The position numbers were made by a program, and so were the translations under genes. A stretch of DNA of 48,510 bases from Nitrospinota bacterium (GTDB lineage: Bacteria; Nitrospinota; Nitrospinia; Nitrospinales; VA-1). The stretch is taken from assembly GCA_038108555.1 (NCBI GenBank), contig JAYNIA010000014.1, positions 1 through 48,510 of the forward strand, written 5' to 3'. Position 1 is the stretch's first letter. Each line of letters opens with the position of its first letter. Below the pieces are notes generated by a model. That model was not told the DNA's origin and did no database searches. It saw nothing but the letters and a program-made list of their open reading frames with translations. This document shows, piece after piece, positions 9,039-18,636 of this stretch.

Positions 9039-10748
9039 CTATAAGCCCTTTAAAATATTGGGGATATCTTTTATGCCCTCGGGGTAGGGATGAAGCCTGG
9101 ACTCCTGGGTCTTACGGACTTTTATCTCAATATTGCCTTCCTCAAGGTTTTTGGGGCCTACAATAATTTGCAGGGGAATTCCAATTAGGTCGGCGTCTTT
9201 CAGCTTGACCCCAAGTCGGTCTTGACGATCATCTAGAAGGACATCAACACCCATATCTATCAATTGGTTGTAAATGGATTCGCAGGCGTTTTTTAAATCG
9301 TCTTTTTTGAAATTTACCGGAATGATAACGGCCTCAAAAGGAGCCAGGCTCAGGGGCCAGACCATTCCTTTTTCATCATGATTTTGCTCAACCGAGGCAG
9401 CAGCGGTTCTACCTACACCTATTCCATAGCAACCCATGATCATTAAATTTTCTTTTCCATGGCTGTCCAGATAGTGAGCTTTCATTGCTTCACTGTATTT
9501 AGTTCCAAGGATAAAAATATGTCCCACCTCAATGCCACGCTTAACCTGGTATTCACCGTCTTTACATTTGGGGCAGGGGTCTCCTGGAAGGATTCTGCGT
9601 AAATCTCCCGATTGGGTGATTTTTAAATCGCGTTGGAACTGGACGCCAGTGAAATGGGTATCCGCTTTGTTGGCTCCGGTAACAAAATTCTTTAATTGAG
9701 AAACTTCCTGGTCTGCATAAACGGGAATATCCAAATTAACAGGGCCGATGTATCCGCAGGGCAATCCCAGTTTTTCCTGGATGGTTTTTTCAGCCGCAGG
9801 TAACAACCATTCGCAACCAATCAGGTTTTTTAATTTAACTGTGTTTATTTCATGGTCCCCGCGCACCAGTCCGGCGACCAACCCATTTTCATTTTCCAAT
9901 AAGATTGTTTTAACAATCTGTTTGTCAGATAACCCAAGAAAACCTGAGACTTCTTCCACAGATTTTTTTCCCGGGGTCAAAACTTGTTTTAGTTCTTCTT
10001 CACCATCGGAAGGTGTGGTGTTAGATTCCGGGCGGGATTCTGCCAACTCCACGTTGGAAGCGTAGCTGCATTTTTCACAAAACCCAATTTCATCTTCACC
10101 CGAATCTGCCAGAACAGCGAACTCGTGTGAAAAACTACCGCCGATGGTTCCAGAGTCTGCCTGTACCTGTTTGAATTCCAAACCGCAGCGGGTAAAAACG
10201 TTTGAGTAGGCCTGTGCCATTTGTTCATAGGTTTTTTGAGTGTCTGCTTCATCGGCATGGAAACTGTAGGCATCTTTCATCAAAAACTCCCTGCCTCTCA
10301 TGATTCCGAAGCGGGGTCGAACTTCATCGCGAAACTTTGTTTGAATCTGATAAAGAATCGCGGGTAGCTGGCGGTATGATTTAATTTCTTTTCGAATGAT
10401 ATCGGTAATGACTTCTTCATGAGTGGGACCATAGCAAAACTCACGGTCATGGCGGTCTTTTAGTCTGAGCAATTCCTTTCCATAAAAATCCCACCGTTTG
10501 CTTTCTTGCCATAATTCCGCCGGTTGAATGCTTGGGAGGAAGACTTCCTGGCCTCCAATTTTATTCATTTCTTCGCGGATTATTGTTTCGACCTTTTTCA
10601 GAACCCTCAATCCGAGAGGGAGGACAGAATAAATACCTGCTGCAAGTTGCCGGATCATTCCCGCACGGACCATGAGCTTATGGCTCACCACCTCTGCATC
10701 GGCTGGTGATTCTTTCAGCGTGGGGATTAATAATTTAGAATAACGCAT
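9039..10748 (-). CDS. proS: Proline--tRNA ligase (bacterial type, with editing insertion)
   Basis: GPTHEE, FRDEVRPRFGIMRGREF, GIEVGHIF and MGCYGIG motifs. Confidence 0.99.
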   Translation of the reverse strand: MRYSKLLIPTLKESPADAEVVSHKLMVRAGMIRQLAAGIYSVLPLGLRVLKKVETIIREEMNKIGGQEVFLPSIQPAELWQESKRWDFYGKELLRLKDRHDREFCYGPTHEEVITDIIRKEIKSYRQLPAILYQIQTKFRDEVRPRFGIMRGREFLMKDAYSFHADEADTQKTYEQMAQAYSNVFTRCGLEFKQVQADSGTIGGSFSHEFAVLADSGEDEIGFCEKCSYASNVELAESRPESNTTPSDGEEELKQVLTPGKKSVEEVSGFLGLSDKQIVKTILLENENGLVAGLVRGDHEINTVKLKNLIGCEWLLPAAEKTIQEKLGLPCGYIGPVNLDIPVYADQEVSQLKNFVTGANKADTHFTGVQFQRDLKITQSGDLRRILPGDPCPKCKDGEYQVKRGIEVGHIFILGTKYSEAMKAHYLDSHGKENLMIMGCYGIGVGRTAAASVEQNHDEKGMVWPLSLAPFEAVIIPVNFKKDDLKNACESIYNQLIDMGVDVLLDDRQDRLGVKLKDADLIGIPLQIIVGPKNLEEGNIEIKVRKTQESRLHPYPEGIKDIPNILKGL

Positions 10749-10784
10749 TTTACCTGTTTGGAATTTATTTGAAGAAGTGGGATT

Positions 10785-12518
10785 CTATTCGCTAAAAGAT
10801 TTTTCAGCAAGCGCAATGTGTTCTTCGCTATGAATTTCCAGCCAGCCTTTATGGATTTCCATGAAGTGGACCATGAAACCCCGGTCAATCATTTCCTGGA
10901 TAAGGTCGGTGAAATTGAGTTGTGAAATGTCCTCGGATTCTTGGAATTGGCCCTGGTAGTTTTTTACAATATCATTGTAGGTCTCAATCAGTTGTTCCGC
11001 TCCTGTTTTGCTGAATTTTGCAAGCCCTATAAATTCGTGGCTGGCAGTTTCCGGATTTATTTTATTTCCAATTTTTGCCACCACGTTTTCGCTAGTGAAC
11101 CGTATTTCCCTTCGACTTGGCTTGTGCTGGTTCTTGGCAATAATGAAATCCAGGATATTTCCTTCCTGATGTTCATGGTATTGGGTTGAATTGTCAGCTA
11201 CCAGAATGATGTCTTCTCGTCGCCCCATTAGTTCTTTTATAATAGAGTCCTGCGCCAGAATATCCGAGTAAAGCATGATGAATCCATTATTCATTTTTTC
11301 CTTACCCACAAACAGCGAGTTAAGCATGGACCCGTTTTTGAAATCCTCGTTTTCAAGAATGTTAATCCCTTCAGCCTGCATTTGGTCTCTACCGTACCCG
11401 GCAATGACTGTGATGTCAGCGAGGTTGTTGTTGTTTAACGTTTGGATCTGATGGTCGAGAAGTGTTTTCCCACATATTTCCAGCATGGCCTTGGGTTTTC
11501 CATTTAGTTTTTTCTGTAAGACGGGATCTTCTCCTGCGGCAGGAATAATAACGGGAATATTGCTGGAAAGTTCGTTTTCCTGATCTTTTTCCTTAACATC
11601 CAGAAAGCCCACGGTTTTAAAAATTTCCCTTACGGTGCTACATAGAGGATCTGCTTCAAAGGATCGCTGGTTACGGAGAATTATTTTTGCGGTTTCCATC
11701 ATGGCTTTGTAGGCACTTCTCAGCAAATGATTTGCATGGATTATGATTTGGAATCCGGCGGCGTTAAGTTCTGTTTCGGTAGTTTGATTATAAGTGGTAG
11801 GAACACAAACCAGAGTTTTATTCAAATTCAGCTCTTTTGAAATTTCTTTATAGTGCCGGGCAAACTCGAATATTTGATCGGAGGATTTAGATTTTGAATG
11901 GATCATGATCCCATCCACTCCTGCTTGTAGATATATCCTTGCACGGTTTACAGCGTCTTCCATCGATTTTCCGGCTATGAGACTTTCCAGTCTGGCGATT
12001 ATCATGAAATCATCTGTCTTTTGGATCTTTTTTCCGCGACGAATTTTTTGTGCAAACACTTCCGGGTCTTCCAGGTTTTGCTGGACCCCTGATTCGAGGC
12101 TGTTCCGTTTGGGAAAAACCTTGTCTTCAATGATGATGGCCGAGACACCCGCTTTTTCTAATTTGGATACGGTATATTCAAAAGCATTTGCATCACCTCC
12201 TGTGTCACCATCTACAATCATGGGTTTATGGGTAACAGCGAGTATTTCATTAATGGTTTGAAGCCTGGAGTCAAAGGTTACAACCTCTATGTCGGGGTGG
12301 CCTTTTGAGGCTGAGTCAGTAAGGCTGCTTTCCCAGATTGCATCAAATTCTCGAGTGACAGGATTGCCATCAGACTCTCCCTGAACCTGAATGTTATTGG
12401 CAATGATTCCGCTCAGCCCGTTATGGGCTTCAAGGACACGTACTAATTTTCCTTCATTTAGAAGGGCTTTTAGTTTTCCTCTGCGTTGTTCAGGAAGTAT
12501 GTTGTTGAGTAGGGTCAT
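10785..12518 (-). CDS. pepM: Phosphoenolpyruvate mutase fused to a C-terminal nucleotidyltransferase (AepX/PepM-PntC-like)
   Basis: PEP-mutase signature EDKVFPKRNS (EDK-x5-NS), plus LEAHNGLSG, DGDTGG and ARLESLI; C-terminal IIPAAG...KPKAM, YSDIL and WLEI NTP-transferase motifs. Confidence 0.92.
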   Translation of the reverse strand: MTLLNNILPEQRRGKLKALLNEGKLVRVLEAHNGLSGIIANNIQVQGESDGNPVTREFDAIWESSLTDSASKGHPDIEVVTFDSRLQTINEILAVTHKPMIVDGDTGGDANAFEYTVSKLEKAGVSAIIIEDKVFPKRNSLESGVQQNLEDPEVFAQKIRRGKKIQKTDDFMIIARLESLIAGKSMEDAVNRARIYLQAGVDGIMIHSKSKSSDQIFEFARHYKEISKELNLNKTLVCVPTTYNQTTETELNAAGFQIIIHANHLLRSAYKAMMETAKIILRNQRSFEADPLCSTVREIFKTVGFLDVKEKDQENELSSNIPVIIPAAGEDPVLQKKLNGKPKAMLEICGKTLLDHQIQTLNNNNLADITVIAGYGRDQMQAEGINILENEDFKNGSMLNSLFVGKEKMNNGFIMLYSDILAQDSIIKELMGRREDIILVADNSTQYHEHQEGNILDFIIAKNQHKPSRREIRFTSENVVAKIGNKINPETASHEFIGLAKFSKTGAEQLIETYNDIVKNYQGQFQESEDISQLNFTDLIQEMIDRGFMVHFMEIHKGWLEIHSEEHIALAEKSFSE

Positions 12519-12802
12519 TGGCTTTTGTCTAGGTCAATAAATTCTCGAATCCATGCGGCGACATAGATATCTTCGAGGTCAAAGTTTTTTAATGCGTGCA
12601 GTATGACTTCAGATTGTTCCTGAAGCGAGATATTTTTATCCAGAAAGATCACGTCTTCTCCATTGATCTTGCAATACCCGCTTTGAATTTGAAATTCCTG
12701 GTCATTGAGATTGGCGATTTCAATTTTAATCGCCAGTTTTTCTGCGACACTTTTTAAATCGTCTAATTTGCTTTTTACGTCCTGCATTGCGGGCGTGGCC
12801 AA
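12515..12802 (-). CDS. Hypothetical protein (95 aa)
   Basis: Fills the gap between rseP and pepM; its stop overlaps the pepM start (ATGA); SGYC..G...IFLD motif. Confidence 0.75.
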   Translation of the reverse strand: MATPAMQDVKSKLDDLKSVAEKLAIKIEIANLNDQEFQIQSGYCKINGEDVIFLDKNISLQEQSEVILHALKNFDLEDIYVAAWIREFIDLDKSQ

Positions 12803-12815
12803 GAAGGAAATGAGT

Positions 12816-14183
12816 TTAGCTGATGACTCTCATTATGTCGTTGTAAAATGCAAATACCATTAAGCTTATTAACATGAAGAGTCCTACCTGCTGAGCTCTT
12901 TCTCTGTTTCTTTCGCTGACAGGCTTCCCTTTTAGAATTTCAATCAGGAAAAAGAAAATATGCCCACCATCTAAAACCGGGATGGGCAATAAGTTTAAAA
13001 GGCCCAGGTTAATACTCAACAATGCGGTAAGGCGAATGAGTTCGGCAAAGCCCTGTTCTGCCTGTTCCCCGTATATCTGGAAAATCAGAATGGGGCCACC
13101 AATGGAGTCTGCAGGAATTGAGCCCCATATCATTTTTTTAATGCTCACTGCGATCAGGTAAATTAGTTCCCACGTTTTTTCGCAAGCCTTTTTAAAAGCT
13201 CCTAGAATTCCATATTTCTCCTGGACTTTTTCCCCCTCCAGTCCAATGCCAATCATTCCGATTTCAATTTCTTTGCCTTGAAGGTCTTTGGTCTTCTTTT
13301 TGACAGGGGTTAGTTTCAGAACCATTTCACTTCCGTTTCTTAAAACGTGAAACGAAAGTTCTTTTCCGGGTTTATCACTCGCGGCAGGTTTTAATTCTTG
13401 CCATCCAAATATTGGAGTGTCATCAACCTTCAAAAGAATATCCCCCGCTTGAATGCCGGCTGTGTTGGCTGGGCTGCCTTCTTTTACCAAGGTGATGTTT
13501 TGCGCTAGCGGGGTGATTCCTATGAGTCCCACTGATTTTTTGTCCCCGAACAGGTCGGTAATTTGTTTTGAGACGGGAGCAATGGGGATGTCAAGGATAC
13601 TGCCATTTCTATCTATTTTGAAATTCAGAGAACGTCCGGGAGCATCGTAAACAATTTTTTGAAGTTGTTCCCAAAAAAGAATCTTATCTTCTCCAATGGC
13701 CAAAATTCGATCTCCCGTTTGCAAACCGGCAGCGAGTGCGGGGGACTCCTCATTTACCGAACCTACAACAGGTGATATTGCCGGGACTCCCATGAGATAG
13801 ACAAAATAATAGATGCCGATGGCAAAAAGTATATTGAAGAGAGGGCCTGCGAAAGCAATGGCAAGACGGTGTCCCACAGGAGCTGCGGCAAAGGACCCTT
13901 GTTCGCTGGCTTCTTCTTCTCCTATTTCTTCTCCCTTCATTTTTACATAACCCCCCAGGGGGATTGCTGCAATCAGATATTCGGTTCCTCCTCTTGTAAA
14001 GCCCACAATTTTGGGGCCGAATCCCAATGCAAATTTTTCAACCACAACTCCGACTTTCCTGGCGACAAGAAAATGTCCCAGTTCGTGCACAAATATGAGA
14101 GCTGCAAGTCCGGCAAGAAAAGCCAGCATTTTGGTGCTGAAACTCAGGATTGCATCAAAAGGTAAAATTGATAGTTCGTACAT
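12816..14183 (-). CDS. rseP: RIP metalloprotease RseP (site-2 protease, two PDZ domains)
   Basis: HELGH, PLGGYVKM and NLLPIPVLDGG motifs; two SPA..AG.Q.GD PDZ repeats. Confidence 0.96.
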   Translation of the reverse strand: MYELSILPFDAILSFSTKMLAFLAGLAALIFVHELGHFLVARKVGVVVEKFALGFGPKIVGFTRGGTEYLIAAIPLGGYVKMKGEEIGEEEASEQGSFAAAPVGHRLAIAFAGPLFNILFAIGIYYFVYLMGVPAISPVVGSVNEESPALAAGLQTGDRILAIGEDKILFWEQLQKIVYDAPGRSLNFKIDRNGSILDIPIAPVSKQITDLFGDKKSVGLIGITPLAQNITLVKEGSPANTAGIQAGDILLKVDDTPIFGWQELKPAASDKPGKELSFHVLRNGSEMVLKLTPVKKKTKDLQGKEIEIGMIGIGLEGEKVQEKYGILGAFKKACEKTWELIYLIAVSIKKMIWGSIPADSIGGPILIFQIYGEQAEQGFAELIRLTALLSINLGLLNLLPIPVLDGGHIFFFLIEILKGKPVSERNRERAQQVGLFMLISLMVFAFYNDIMRVIS

Positions 14184-14189
14184 TATTTG

Positions 14190-14846
14190 TCAGGGTTTTT
14201 TTGTGAAATCCAATACCTCCACATTGGGAGGGGTCTGGAAATGAAAGGTTTTATCGGGAATACTTCTGTTTGTTTTTATATGACTGAAAAGCATTTCAGT
14301 CCTATTTCCTAATTTATCATACACGGTTGATCCAGTAATCTGTAAGTTTTTCTTGTTGGCAAATAGTTCCAGCCTTTTTAGAGCCTGGTCTTCCTCCTTG
14401 GGGATGAGCGTTATGCTTATTGGGTCGCGGTCGAGATCAACACTTTCAACGTTAAAGGACTCAAGCAATTTTCCTTTTCCTGCAAGAAAAAGAGCAGGAG
14501 TATTTGAAGAATAAATACTTTCAATGGGCACTTGGGTGACCTGTTCTTCCTCGGATACGTAATGCCAAAGGATTTTGCCATTGCTTATCAAAACCTGGGT
14601 GTCCGGTTCACCATAGATCCATTTCATCTTGCCAGGTTTTTTTATAGTAACTGTTCCTGTTGCAGTCTGAGTGTTGTCCATCATTTTTACGTAGGATTTT
14701 TGTGTGAAATCTGCTTCGAAGGTCAAAATCTTTTCGTAATTTTTCTGCACTGTATCCAGGGCTTGTTGCTCGGGGGTTTCAGCAAAACCCATGGTGGAAA
14801 ATAAAAAAATAAAAATAATGACTATATACTTTATTAAATGAACCAA
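14190..14846 (-). CDS. lolA: Outer-membrane lipoprotein carrier protein LolA
   Basis: Signal peptide; ADFTQ, KKPGKMKWIY, ISNGKILWHY and C-terminal F.F..P motifs. Confidence 0.88.
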   Translation of the reverse strand: MVHLIKYIVIIFIFLFSTMGFAETPEQQALDTVQKNYEKILTFEADFTQKSYVKMMDNTQTATGTVTIKKPGKMKWIYGEPDTQVLISNGKILWHYVSEEEQVTQVPIESIYSSNTPALFLAGKGKLLESFNVESVDLDRDPISITLIPKEEDQALKRLELFANKKNLQITGSTVYDKLGNRTEMLFSHIKTNRSIPDKTFHFQTPPNVEVLDFTKKP

Positions 14847-14847
14847 T

Positions 14848-15474
14848 TTAGTTTCCTTTATTGTGTCTTAAAACTCTTCGGCCTGAAATTTCAATCTTTT
14901 CTTCAATAATTAATCGAATCGCTTCCGGGTATATAATGTGTTCTTGTTCCAGAATTCTTTTGGAAAGAGACTCTGTATCGTCATCATCTCGAACAGGAAC
15001 AACCGCTTGTATAATAATCTCACCTCCATCAACCTCTTCATTGACAAAATGAACTGTGCAGCCCGAAAACTTCACTCCATGTTCCAAAGCTCTTTTTTGG
15101 ACATGCAGTCCGGGGAATGCCGGAAGCAGGGAAGGATGGATATTTATGATTTTTCCAGAAAAAGCCTGGATGAATTTTTTCCCAAGTATCCTCATAAATC
15201 CGGCCAGGCATATCAGGTCCACTGATTTTGATTGCAAAAGCTCAATCATTTTTTGCTCATAATCAGCCTTGTCCGGATAAACTTTAGGGTCTAAAAAGAC
15301 AACTTCCAGTCCATGGTTTTTGCCGCGTTCCAGGGCATAAGCATCCTTAACATTGCTTAAAACCACAGATATTTCTGCTGCCAGATCATTTTTTTCAATG
15401 CTATCTATAATAGCCTGCAAATTAGAGCCGCGCCCGGACACTAGAACGGCGAGTTTGAATTTTTTCGATACCAT
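14848..15474 (-). CDS. purN: Phosphoribosylglycinamide formyltransferase
   Basis: SGRGSNLQA, LAGFMRIL, NIHPSLLP and GCTVHFV..EVDGG motifs. Confidence 0.98.
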   Translation of the reverse strand: MVSKKFKLAVLVSGRGSNLQAIIDSIEKNDLAAEISVVLSNVKDAYALERGKNHGLEVVFLDPKVYPDKADYEQKMIELLQSKSVDLICLAGFMRILGKKFIQAFSGKIINIHPSLLPAFPGLHVQKRALEHGVKFSGCTVHFVNEEVDGGEIIIQAVVPVRDDDDTESLSKRILEQEHIIYPEAIRLIIEEKIEISGRRVLRHNKGN

Positions 15475-15855
15475 TGAAAATAGGTGATTTACTATGAAAT
15501 CAAGGTTGGTGGAGATGGCAATCTCCGATCAGCTTAGCATTAACTATTATTTTAAATCAACGATTTCCCTAGAAAGGGATAAAAATAGCAAATTCTGGCT
15601 AATTTGTCGGTCTAGGAATAATTTGGGAAGCAAAAAGGGGCTTTTAATAGATAATTAGGAACAATTTGGCAAAAATATTAATAACGTTAAGAAACGTAGT
15701 GGTTTAAAATATAAATTGTGACAAATTCTTACCACTGTTGTGAATTTTGATGTGTAATTATGAATGAACTCTGTTCATTTGATTTGTTAGGAAATGTTTA
15801 TTTCGGGTTAATTTGTTAGACCGCCAGGCAAATATTGATTTTAAAGATCCAAAAA

Positions 15856-16815
15856 ATGGAAAAAATAAAGGTACTTTTGCTTGAAGATAATGAAGTTGAC
15901 GTAGAAGCAATACAAAGATTGATTCGTACTCAAAATTTACCCTACGTTCTCAAAGTTGCTTATACGTGTAATGAAACAAAAGGTTTTTTGGACCAGGAAG
16001 AATTCGATGTGATCTTGTTGGACTCGCATGTGCCGGACGGTTCGGGATTAAGTCTGTTATCCGATTTGAAAAATACACCGGCAATAATAATTACGGGTCA
16101 AGGCGATGAAGATACCGCAGTTCGTGCATTAAAGGAAGGAGCAAGTGATTATCTTGTTAAGGATCCTTCAGGAATGTATCTGCATTTGCTTCCTACAGTT
16201 GTCAAAGAAACATTAAATAAGCAGCGGCTTCATGAAGATAAAATCAAAGCCGAAAATGAAAGGGAAAAACTTTTTAAGGAATTAGAAAAAGCACATCGCG
16301 AGTTGAAAGCCTTATCTCGAATTGATCCTCTTACAAAGCTTTCCAACAGGCGGGATATAAAATACAAAATTGATTATGAAATTTCACGATTTGAAAGAAG
16401 CAGTGAGACATTCTCGATTATCCTCGCAGATATAGATAATTTTAAAGACATACATTCAAAACTGGGGGATGAAGGCACCGAAACATTGATAAAACTGGTT
16501 GCTGACCGATTGGTTCGGGAATGTCGAAAGGTGGATACGGTGGGCCGTTGGGGGACAGAAGCTTTTATGATAATTGTTCCCGAGACAAATTTGTCGGGTG
16601 CTGCAAAATTGGCTGAAAATTTGCGGGAGACCTTTATAGAAGAAATTTCTATATTGAAAACAAACCTCAAATTTTCCATAAGCTTTGGAGCCTCTGCTTA
16701 TGTAAATGGCTTGTCAGTAAATGGGTTCACCGATATTGTTGAGACCTTTTTGCTTAAAGCCAAAAGTTCTGGCGGAGGGAAGGTTGTTTCACTTCCTTCC
16801 CAGGTTAATGTTTAG
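15856..16815 (+). CDS. Response regulator with degenerate GGDEF domain
   Basis: REC domain (LLEDN, ILLDS, TGQG, YLVK), DPLT, DIDNFK; active site reads GRWGTEAF; start set at ATG 15856. Confidence 0.9.
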   Translation: MEKIKVLLLEDNEVDVEAIQRLIRTQNLPYVLKVAYTCNETKGFLDQEEFDVILLDSHVPDGSGLSLLSDLKNTPAIIITGQGDEDTAVRALKEGASDYLVKDPSGMYLHLLPTVVKETLNKQRLHEDKIKAENEREKLFKELEKAHRELKALSRIDPLTKLSNRRDIKYKIDYEISRFERSSETFSIILADIDNFKDIHSKLGDEGTETLIKLVADRLVRECRKVDTVGRWGTEAFMIIVPETNLSGAAKLAENLRETFIEEISILKTNLKFSISFGASAYVNGLSVNGFTDIVETFLLKAKSSGGGKVVSLPSQVNV

Positions 16816-16948
16816 GTTTATTTTTTAATTTGCATGCTAAAACCTGTCCCCTGCACTTAGGTTTCCATGTTAAGATCGCACAGGTTTTTGTTTTAAAAAG
16901 CATTGATTTTTCGTTTTTAAATTGCCTGGCTCCAAAAAAAGAAAATAC

Positions 16949-18379
16949 ATGAATGACCTTCTAAAAATTTTATTGGTCGATGATGACGAAGCTGATGTAA
17001 CTCAAATTCAGCGTTTGTTGGAAAGATCAAAGTTAGATGTCAACATCACCCATGTTGGAGATTGTAAAAGTGGGGTTGCCGAATTAGAAGATCAGATTTT
17101 TGATTGTGCCTTGATCGATTATCACCTTCCAGATGCAAAAGGGGTTGAAATAATCGATCAAATCCGCGATGTGGATGTAAATGAAATGCCTTTGATCGTC
17201 TTGACCGGAATGGGGAGCGAGACCACAGCAATAGAGGTTTTGAAAAAAGGCGCTGCTGATTACGTGACGAAAAACGGATTGAATGCTGAAATTCTGGAAA
17301 GAAGCATTACCAATGCTGTTCAGATCCACCAGTTTCAACAAAAAGCCAAAGCTGCAGAGAGAGCCTTGTTGGAAAGGGAGAAACAATATCGGACTATCAT
17401 TGAAACGGTTTCGGATATTATCATTCAATTGGATGTGGAAGGAAAAATAGAATTTGTTAATCCGGCGATTCGGTTTTTAGGGTATGAACCTTCTGAAATA
17501 GCGGGACACCATATAGGAAAGTTTGTTGAAAAAGTCGAGGGAGTGGAATACCACGATGATTTGATTTCCCTCATAACCACTAAAGGGGTTGGCCCCATGG
17601 CTACAAATAATTTGGAGGTCAACTTCCTGGTAGAAAAGGAATCGACCTTGTGGGAGCAGAACAGGGCCATTCCTGTATTGATGGATGCGTTTGGGTTATG
17701 GGATGTTCCGGACGAGATGGTTTTTAAAAGGGGTGAGGAAAAAAACTTTCTTGGAACTCTTTGTATAGCTCGAAAAATTACAGAGGTTAAGGCTATGGAA
17801 GAAGAGCTTCTGAATACCCAGGCCCGCTTGATAGGAGCCGTGGAGGAGCTTAAAGAGTTGGCAACCAAAGATGCTTTAAAGGGGATATCCAATCGTCGAT
17901 TTTTTGATGAGTATCTGGAAAAGGAATGGAAAAGGGCGCAAAGGGATCAATATCCTTTTTCACTGGTTATGATCGATCTGGATTATTTCAAACTTTATAA
18001 CGATACCTATGGCCATCAAAGAGGAGACACTTGTTTAAAAGAGGTGGCAGGTGTCATTGATGATGCCATGAAAAGGCCTGCGGATATGGCTGCAAGATTC
18101 GGCGGTGAAGAGTTTGCATTGGTCCTCCCTGAAACCAGCTCGGAAGGGGCCATCAGGCTTTCTGATAAATTGCGAGAAGCAATTTACTCCATGAATCTGG
18201 AGCATAAGAATAATCCTAACGAACCCCGTGTAACCGTGAGTATGGGAACCGCTACCATGAAAGTGGATAAAGGAAGCGATTATAAGGATTTGATAGCGAA
18301 AGCGGATAAGGCTTTATATGCCGCCAAAAATAGTGGAAGGAATCGGGTTGCAAGTTTCGATGAAGGTATGGAATTTTAA
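16949..18379 (+). CDS. REC-PAS-GGDEF diguanylate cyclase
   Basis: REC domain (VDDD, LIDY), PAS-like FVNPA, NDTYGHQRGD, RPAD I-site and intact GGEEF; start set at ATG 16949. Confidence 0.94.
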   Translation: MNDLLKILLVDDDEADVTQIQRLLERSKLDVNITHVGDCKSGVAELEDQIFDCALIDYHLPDAKGVEIIDQIRDVDVNEMPLIVLTGMGSETTAIEVLKKGAADYVTKNGLNAEILERSITNAVQIHQFQQKAKAAERALLEREKQYRTIIETVSDIIIQLDVEGKIEFVNPAIRFLGYEPSEIAGHHIGKFVEKVEGVEYHDDLISLITTKGVGPMATNNLEVNFLVEKESTLWEQNRAIPVLMDAFGLWDVPDEMVFKRGEEKNFLGTLCIARKITEVKAMEEELLNTQARLIGAVEELKELATKDALKGISNRRFFDEYLEKEWKRAQRDQYPFSLVMIDLDYFKLYNDTYGHQRGDTCLKEVAGVIDDAMKRPADMAARFGGEEFALVLPETSSEGAIRLSDKLREAIYSMNLEHKNNPNEPRVTVSMGTATMKVDKGSDYKDLIAKADKALYAAKNSGRNRVASFDEGMEF

Positions 18380-18462
18380 TGCCTCAAAAATACGATTTTA
18401 GGGAATAATTAGAGCCCTTTCCTGATCTTTAGTTACGGAATTTCTATTCCACCCCTTTTTGT

Positions 18463-18511
18463 AATCCGCTCGCCTGCTCTACCTCCCTGGCGGGCGGATT
18501 TTTAGTTTTTT
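18463..18511 (+). terminator. Intrinsic terminator after the diguanylate cyclase
   Basis: AATCCGCTCGCC...GGCGGGCGGATT stem followed by TTTAGTTTTTT. Confidence 0.7.
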
Positions 18512-18636
18512 CCCCCCTTATCCAGCCCAATATCATTGATCCCTTGGTGACATTTGATAAGATAGAGGCTTGTATTTTCAGCTTCTAAAAGAAGGGACCG
18601 CTTTGCCATGCAAATTAAATTATCGGGTGGAGAAAA

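Noticed and set aside
10785..12518. Isocitrate lyase or methylisocitrate lyase assignment
   Set aside because: Has EDK-x5-NS, not the KKCGH/KRCGH lyase motif
15475..15855. AT-rich divergent spacer as ncRNA or CRP site
   Set aside because: Only TGTGA half-sites without a matching second half, and no convincing stable structure
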